The notes under the pieces: model-generated | Seen by the model: only the letters and a program-made list of their open reading frames with translations | The model's database searches: none | Told to the model about the DNA's origin: nothing | Program-made: the position numbers and the translations under genes | Source of the DNA: the human T2T-CHM13v2.0 reference genome, Homo sapiens | NCBI RefSeq assembly: GCF_009914755.1 | Contig: NC_060946.1 | Strand: one strand, 5' to 3' | Length of the DNA: 64,000 nt | In this document: positions 55,087-64,000 of the stretch, one piece after another | Numbering within the stretch: position 1 is the first letter of the stretch | Layout of the letters: the number at the start of each line of letters is the position of its first letter

Positions 55087-55510
55087 GAGTTTTAAGAGTT
55101 TTTGGAGTATTTTATGTAACAGTCTCTATCAGATGTGAGTTTTAAGAGTTTTTGGAGTGTTTTGAGTAACAGTCTCTTTATCAGATGTGAGTTTTAAGAG
55201 TTTTTGGATTGTTTTGTGTAACAGTCTCTATCAGATGTGAGTTTTAAGAGTTTTTGGAGTGTTTTGAGTAACAGTCTCTTTATCAGATGTGAGTTTTAAG
55301 ATTTTTTGGAATGTTTTGTGTAACAGTCTCTTTCTCAGATGGTTTGTATAACAGTCTCTATCTCAGATGTTTTGTGTAACAGTCTCTTTATCAGATGTTT
55401 TGTGTAACAGTCTTTCTCAGAAGTTTTGTAGAACAGTCTCTTTCTCAGATGTTTTATGTAAGTCTCTTTCTCAGATGTTTTGTAGAACAGTCTCTTTCTC
55501 AGGTGTGTCT
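55087..55510. repeat. Compound tandem repeat: alternating 50/52-bp units, then ~27-29-bp units
   Basis: gagttttaaga at 55087, 55137, 55189, 55239 and 55291; shared core taacagtctct(tt)atcagatg. Confidence 0.92.
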
Positions 55511-58195
55511 TTTGCAGATATTTTCTCCCAATCTGTGGCTTTTCTTCTCATTTTTGTGACATTGACTGTTGCAGAACAGAAGTTTTCAATTTTAATGAAG
55601 TCTTGTTTATGAATCATTTTAAAATGGATGTTGACATTGCTGTTATATCTAAAAAGTCATTACCTTTCCCAGGATCATCTAAGTTTTTTCCTTGTTATTT
55701 TCTACAGTTATAACTTTTGCATTTTACATTGAAGTCTGTGATCCATTTTGAGTTAATTTTTGTGATGGGCATAAGATCTATGTCTAGATTCAGATTTTTT
55801 TTTTTTTAATGTGGATTTCCAGTTGTCCCAACACCGTTTGTTGAAAACAGAAACTTTGCTTTATTGTATCAGTTTAGTGTATTTACGTGGGTGTATTTCT
55901 GGGCTATTTATCCTGTTCCATTGTTAAGTTTGCCTACTTTTGGGTAATACCACAGTGTTTTGATTAATGAATAAGGCTTAAATTTAGGCAGTGTTTGTCT
56001 TCCAACTTTGTTCTTCAGTAATTGACTATTCTTGGTCTTTTGCTTCTCCATGTGAACTTTAGAATCAGGTTTACTTTTATTTTGTTTATTAAGGTGTTAT
56101 TGTATTCCTCATATAGATCTTGTTACATTTGTTAAATTTATACATTAAGTGTTTCATCTGTTGGGTGCTAAATATAAGTAGTACTGTGTTTTCATAGCAA
56201 ATTGCACTTGGTTGTTGCTGGTGCATTGGAAAGTGATTGACTTTCTCTTTTAACCTTCTATTCTGTAATCTTGATTTTCAGTTCCAGGAGGGTTTTTTTC
56301 TCGGTTTGGTCCTTTTTCTTTTTTCTTTCCTTTTTTTTTTAATTTTTTAGATTTTCTGCATAGACAATCCCGTCATCTGTGAACAAAGTTTTATTTATTC
56401 CTTCCCAACCTGTATGCCTTTAATTGTATTTTCTTGCCTCATTGCATTAGCTAGTATTTTCAGTATGATATTGAAAGGGGTGATGAGAGAATAAATCTTT
56501 TTCTTCCTCCTGATATTGTGGAAAAACATTGAGTTTCTCATTATTAAGTATGATGTTTGCTGTAGTTTTCTGTAGATATTCTTTATTAATTTCAGGAAGT
56601 TCCCCTCTTAGCTTATTGAGAGATTTTATCATGAATGAATGCTGGATTTTGTCAACTGCTTTTTCTGCACCTGATCATGTGATTTTTCTTTTCACTCTCT
56701 TGATGTAATGAATTACATTAATTGATGTTCAAATGTTGAACCAGCCTGCTATCCCCAGAATAAATCCCACTTGGTGATGGTGTATGATTCTTTCTATATA
56801 TTGTTGGATTTGATGTACTAGTGTTTTTGAGGATTTTTGTATGTATTTTCATGAGAGATCATGGTCTGTGGTTTTCTATTTTGAAATATTGTTGGAATAA
56901 TTCTGGCCTCACATAATGAACTAGGAAGTATTTCAACAGCCTCTATCCTCTGAAATAGATTGTGGGGAATGGGTATAATTTCTTCCTGAAATATTTGGTC
57001 AATTTCCCAATGAATACATCCCGGTCAGATACTTTCTGTTTTGAAGGTTATTAAAATAATAGGTTATTCGGATTGTGTGTTTCTTCTTGTGTGAGCTTCA
57101 GTAAATTGTGTCTGTCAAGGAAGTGGTCCATTTGAACTAGATGATCAGATGTGTGCACAGAGTTGTTCATAGTATTTCCTTATTATCCGTTTAATGTCCA
57201 CAGGATGTGTAGTGGTATCCCCTCTTTCATTTCTGATATTATTAGTTTCTGTCTTTTTTTTTTCTTAGCCTGGCTCTAGGATTTTTAATTTTATTGAAGA
57301 ATCAGCTTTTTTAAAAAAGCAGCTTTGTTGTTAATAATATTTTAAAAGAATCAGCTTTGTTGTTAATAATATTCTCTTGATTTTTCTGTTTTCAATTTCA
57401 TTGATTTCTGCAACAATTTATTTTCCTATTCTTACTTTGGGTTTAATCTGCTCAATTTTTCTTTTATTTTAGATCATTCTTATTTTCTAATATATGCATT
57501 TGATGCCATAAATTTTCTTCTAAGCCATGCTTTTGCTGTATTCTAAAAATTTTGATAAATTGTGTTTTATTTTCATTTTTATTTAGTGAAAATATTTATT
57601 AGGCCAGGCATGGTGGCTCACACTTGTAATCTCAGCTAGGGAGGCTAAGATTTGAAAGGCCAAGGCAGGAGGATTACTTGAGGCCAGGAGTTTGAGACCA
57701 GCTTGAGCAGCTATAGCAAGACCGTCTCTACAAGAAAATTTTAAAAGGTTAGCAGGGAGACATGTGCCTGTATTTTCAGCCACTTGTGAGGCTGAGGTGA
57801 GAGGATTGCTCGAGCCCAGGAGTTCAAGACTGCAGTGGGATTTGATCATGGCACTGCACTCAAGCCTGGGTGACAGTGAGACTCTGTCTCTCAAAATATA
57901 TATAAATAATAAAATAAAATATTAATTTATCTTGAGACTTCGTCTTTGATGCATTCATTATTTAGAAGGTGTTCTTTTATCTCACTGTATTTAGAGATTT
58001 TCCACTTGTCTGCCTATTGCTAATTTTAAGTTTGATTTCACTGTGGTCTAAGAGTGCATATGGCAAGATTTGTTATTTAAATTGGTTAAAGTGTATTTTA
58101 TGGTCCACGGTGTGGTATATCTTGGTGATTATTGATCCTGAAAAGAATGTATATTTTACTGTTGTTGGATGAAGTCTATAAATAGCAATTGTATT

Positions 58196-58761
58196 TGTAA
58201 GAATTAAAGAAAGAGGAGAGAAACATGAAAGGTGTCTTGCCAGTTAAGACAAATTTATTTCATAGGAAACAAAACTGAGAGATGCCTTCTGGCTGAATTA
58301 GGGCAGAGGCACACTCTCTTACAGACTCAGAGTTTTTAAGGATTCAGGGTGGGAGAGTTAATACAAGGCTTGGACTGCTTCTGTGTCTGTGTTGCGCTTA
58401 TCTGGGAGGGAGAGTTGTGCGTCTGTCCCCATACATCTTTATGCAGCTGCAGGCATGTCCCCTGAGTCTGCTTTTAGCTTCCCTATCTTAGTGCACCTGA
58501 AGGGAAAGGAATGTGCTTATTAAGGCCCACTATTTTATTGGGTCTGTTGTATGAGGGTTAAGTTTGGCAGTTAAAGTTTACCCAAGAGACTTTCCCCCAA
58601 CCTCCCTCTATGCCCAAGCTGTCTTATTAGTGTTTTACTGTCTGCTCTTTCTGGCTGCTTGTAGTTAGAAGTGATTTCCTTGAAATGCATGGGGCTAAGA
58701 AGGGAGCTGGAACATAAAGTGGCAGTGTTTGTCCAAGGTGACAGGTGCTCTTGCTCTGTCA
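58196..58761 (-). mobile_element. LTR19-like solo LTR
   Basis: Reverse complement begins tgacagagcaagagcacc…cttggacaaacactgcc; flanks gtatt / gtatc. Confidence 0.72.
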
Positions 58762-59095
58762 GTATCCAGTTGATTTATATTGATATTGAATTCAACTATA
58801 TTGTTACTAATTTCTGCCTGCTAGATCTGTTTCTGATGGAGGGTGCTGATGTCTCAAATTGTGACAGTGGATCCATCTATTTCTCCTTCTAGTTCTGTTT
58901 TTGCCTTATGTCCTTGGACAATCTGCTGTCAGGTGCATACACATTAAGGATTGTCATCTTTTTGGAGGATTAACTGTTATGTCATGATGAAGTACCATTC
59001 TTTATCCATGATAACTTTCTTTCTTTGAAGTCTACTTTGTGTGAAATATAGTTACTCTTTTTTTTTTTTTTTTTTTTTTTTTAGACAGAGTTTAA

Positions 59096-59422
<327 letters not shown>

Positions 59423-60559
59423 TAATTAATGTGTGGTTTTATATTTAAAATGGATTTCTTGTAGACAACATATAGTTGGGTCTTGTATTTTGATCCACTC
59501 TGACAATCTGTTTTAATTGGTGCATTTAGACCATTGACATTTAAAGTGATTATTGATATAGTTGAATTAATATCTGCCATATTTGTTATTGTTATTATTC
59601 CCATATTGTTTTGTCTTCCACTCTTTCTGCCTTTTGTGATGTTAACTGAGCATTTTATATGATCCCATTTTCTCTTATTTCTTAGCATGTATTTTCTTTA
59701 TAGCTGTATATTTTTAAACATTTTATAGTAGTTGCCCTAGGGTTTCAATATACACTTACAAGTCCAGTTTCAAATAATACTATACCACTTCACAAGTAGT
59801 GTGACTGTCTTCTAACAAAATTTTTCTCTTCCATCTTCCTGTCCTTTGTGTCCTTGTCATCATTCAGTTCAACTATATATAAGCACACATAATCATGAGT
59901 GTATATATAATTGCATATGTTTGTACATAATATGTAGATTGGGTAAGATACCCTCATTTATTCTTTCTTTACTGCTCTTCCTTTCTTTATGTAGATCCAG
60001 GTATATGACCTGTATATTTTTCTTCTCTCTAAATCATTTTTAATAGTATGAAGATAATTTTAAAAATTGGTTTGATTGATACTTAGTGCATATGATATAT
60101 TAGGCATGATTCTAAGCCATTGCACATACATATTTAATAGACATGATACATAAGAATTTAAAATTAGGAACCCAGAGATTCATTAGTAGCGACAAATTGA
60201 CGTATTTTAAATCCTATTTGGTAACTGTAAAACTATCATGCAAATTTACTATTTAGGTTACAATAAATGAACATACCATTGTTAAAAATTTTATTAGAAA
60301 GTTGGACTAACTAGGCTTGAAGATAAATGGGTAGCACAATTGAACAGTAAGCAGAGGATACACATTATCAGCAAATGACAGACAAAAATATTTCAGAAGA
60401 AAAAATACTAGGACTAAAAAATGCGACTGAATTTATAACAGCAGAAATACAGCAGATCACATTTTGGGGCACTGTGATATACTAACAGAAGCTATCATTT
60501 AATGTGTAACCACAGTCCATTGTGCTCCTCATTACACCAAATAACTTTTTGAACTAATA

Positions 60560-61059
60560 AACTAATTAAGTAACGTTTCAGGGTATTGTATCAATGTACC
60601 AAAAGTATCACTTGCATTTCTGTGCCCTAACAGTATATCTGACAAAAATCCAGAAATAAATCCATTTAACAAATGTCAAAGTATTTACAAATAAATATAA
60701 CCAAGAAGTTGAAGGATCTGTACATCAATAACTGTAAAATATTAATGAAAGCAATTATAGGAGACACAAATAAAACGAAAATATGTTGTGTTCCTGAAAA
60801 AGGTTTGTTTAAACATCCATAGTGCCCAGAGTGATATACAGATTCAAATCAGTCTCTATCAAAATTTCAATAGCATATTTCGCAAAAATAGAAAAAAATT
60901 CTCAAGTTATAATCATGAAAGAGTAAAGCAATTTTGAGTAAGAAAGGTAAAGCTGGAGGCATTATACTTCCTGATTTTAAACTACATAGCAAAGCTGTAC
61001 TCATCAAAGCAGAATGATACTAGCATAAAAACAGACACATAGACCAATGGAACAGAATA
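60560..61059 (+). mobile_element. L1 ORF2 fragment
   Basis: aaagctggaggcattatacttcctgattttaaactaca; aacagacacatagaccaatggaacagaatag. Confidence 0.85.
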
Positions 61060-61249
61060 GATGTAGGACAGTGCTTCCCTGTAACATGCAGAAGATTCCC
61101 ATGATGATGGTGACTATGAGAGGCTGTCATATTTGATGTAGGACAGTGCTTCCCTGTAACATGCACAAGATTCCTGTAATGATGGTGACAATGAGAGCCC
61201 GTCACATATGATGTAGGACAGTGCTTCCTCTGTAACATGCACAAGATTC
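61060..61249. repeat. Tandem repeat, 75-bp unit x 2.5
   Basis: gatgtaggacagtgcttcc at 61060, 61135 and 61210. Confidence 0.92.
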
Positions 61250-61826
61250 ACCTGGGGATCTTATTAAAATGCAAACTCATAGACCACACTTTGCCTAGCT
61301 AAGATAAGAGCATTTAAATGGATGTCTTGGTGACAGTGCTAAGTTGCTACTGTTCATGTGGTCACTGGCTCACCATATTAATTAAGCTTAGGACCTACAG
61401 TCCCTGCTGGAAAAGAAATACAGATACATAGGATGTGACTGTACATATGGGATATCTGTTGTGTTCTGGACATTGTACTAGACACTAGAGATAAAAAGTC
61501 AAATATCCCTTGCCTCTTACTGAAAGGAGCTTCCTACACAGTGGCTTCTGACTGCAGTGTATATTCTCTCTTCTGTCCTGGGTGGGTCAGCTCTATCTCA
61601 ATTGGTAACTGAACACTGCCCAGTGGGTTTGATGGGGGAGACCATAGCTAGCTGCACTCCCACATAGCTATGACCATAGCATATCTCGTGAAGCCATTTC
61701 CCCCTTGTCAGAAGGCTCCCTCCAGTATTATACATGCTCCCCATGATTACAAATTCTTCCTCCTTGCACCAAATGTTCCTAAATCTTGTAAAGATAAAAA
61801 CATAAACCACATTCTCATCATATTAG

Positions 61827-62153
<327 letters not shown>

Positions 62154-62351
62154 CAAGTTCCTTACTTTTCATGTGTTTAATATTTTCTCCCAATTTATAG
62201 AATATATTGATTAAAAATAAATTTTAGCCATGCATATCTATTAAAAACTTCATGATATACTTTGCTATTTTTAAATTTCTTTTGCTCTTATAAAATGTGT
62301 GTTCTGGACTCACGTTGGCTTCCATTTCTTCCCTCTGGCTTCTATTAGTTT

Positions 62352-62451
62352 AGGCTATGAGCAGAGATGGACAAGGTGGCTACTGTAATGGATCAAGGCT
62401 ATGAGCAGAGATGGATGAGGCAGTGGCTGTAATGGATTAAGGCTATGAGCA
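62352..62451. repeat. Tandem duplication, ~44-bp unit x 2.3
   Basis: aggctatgagca occurs three times. Confidence 0.85.
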
Positions 62452-62557
62452 TCTTGTGAAGTAGGATGTTAAATCTGTAAATATCAGAATGAATCCAAAT
62501 GTATCAATTCAAAACTGGATTGTAAAACAGCTCAAAAAATACTAAAAACACAGCTCT

Positions 62558-62842
62558 ACACTTTAGGAGGCTGAGGCAGGCAGATTGCTTGAGCTCAGGA
62601 GTTGGAGACAAGTCTAGGAAACATGGAAAAACCCTGTCTCTACAAAAAAAAATATATTTTTAATTAGCTGGGTATGGTGGTATGAGCCTGTGGTTGCAGC
62701 TTTTCAGGAGGCTGAGGTGAGAGGATTGCTTGAGCCCAGAAGGTAGAGGCTGCAGTGAGATCTGATCACACCACTGCATTCCACCCTAGGTGACAGAGTG
62801 AGACAAGTCTCAAAAACAAACAAGCAAAAATAACTAAAAAAA
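62558..62842 (+). mobile_element. AluJ-like, 5'-truncated
   Basis: Alu body with A-rich tail. Confidence 0.88.
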
Positions 62843-64000
62843 ACATCTCTAAAAGAAGGTGGCTAGAAAAGTAGCTCAAGTTGTTCCTCTCTGGTTAAAT
62901 ACAAACATAAATGAACTACTTATGTGCCACAGTGGCTTCATAATGCTGAAAGCAAAGTCAATTATTCTAGCAGTTTCTGGAAAACTTTATCATATCATGG
63001 GGTTCAATGAAAATATCAAATCATAAATATAATAATCAAATCTGAAAGTGAATCTAGTTTCAAAGACCTCAGAAGCCACTGTGTAGGAAGCTCCTTTCAG
63101 ATAGAGACAAAGGATTATTTGACTTCTTAGCTCTGTTGTCTAGCACAATGTCCAGAACACAACAGATATTCCATATGCACAGTCACATCCTATGTATGTG
63201 TTATTTCTTTTCCAGCAAGGACTAGAGGTCCTAAGCTTTGTTTATGTGGTGAGCCAGTGCCCACATGAGCAGGAGAATCTTAGCACAGTCACCTACACAC
63301 TCATTTCAATGCTCTGGCCCCTTATCCAAGCTAGTCAAAGTGTGGTCTATGGTTTTGCATTTTAGGGAGATCCCTGGGTGAATCTTGTGGCTGTCAAAGG
63401 AGGAGAAGCACTGCCTCAAAATATAGAAAAGGTGAACTAATTTATCGAGGCAGGCTGGCTATTTTTTATTTATCTTGCTGATGGGAAGATTCAAATTGAT
63501 ATACACAATCACCCCCATAAGGATTTCAGGTAAAAAACAAACAAAGGTTTAGATACCAGATGTGTTTTACAATTACCACACCACTCTTTAATACAGCATC
63601 TAGTAGCACATTTCCAATAGATTTAGGTGAAAATTTCTGTTTTATGAGCCTTCTGTCAGTACTTTTACAATTGGATACTCAATAAATAGTGGCCAAATTG
63701 AATCTCTTACAGGCATCTCACTCAAACTGCAGTCATATTTTCCAATAGGCCCCATAAAAATCCTTGTTCTGGAGCAATCTAATATATTTATCCACCTCTT
63801 TAGACACTTAGGTAAGTATAATAATACAAGCTTTGTGTGGGTGTGTATATTGTGTACCTTGTGGCCTCTTGCCCAGTTTCTGCAACAACTGAAGCTGAGG
63901 CAAGTTTAATGTAAATAACGTCCAGCAATGTTAGAAATGTTGACTTTTATGTGCCCATCAGGAAAAAAAGATGAATGTTATTGTAGAGGAAATTTTCATT

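Noticed and set aside
59730-60040. Similarity to ~270-1200 suggesting a large duplication
   Set aside because: Divergence and differing flanks fit independent insertions of related old L1 subfamilies.

Overview
Primate (human-like) genomic DNA, mostly interspersed repeats: about 37 Alu pieces, old L1 and L2, DNA transposons and many ERV LTRs. Three landmarks stand out. (1) A deleted ERV3/HERV-R-like (HERV-ERI group) provirus at ~38.7-45.8 kb carries many GG->AG changes consistent with APOBEC3G editing. (2) Three solo LTR13 (HML-4) elements lie within 35 kb. (3) A CpG-island promoter at ~46.2-47.0 kb (ZNF143, CRE, NRF1 and YY1 motifs) probably drives a + strand gene whose exon ending at 50477 (…MNKSL|GTGAGT) resembles the start-codon exon of a ZNF12/ZNF717-like KRAB zinc-finger gene; no KRAB or zinc-finger exon was recognised in the window. 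Also present: a probable 3' terminal exon at ~4.7-5.2 kb, several minisatellites, a 214-nt Alu-tail purine/GAA tract and two local templated insertions, one followed by TTAGGG filler. Nearly all listed ORFs are repeat-derived noise. I found no complete protein-coding gene and no evidence of a new multi-gene system. Repeat family names come from recalled consensus sequences and need Dfam/RepeatMasker confirmation.
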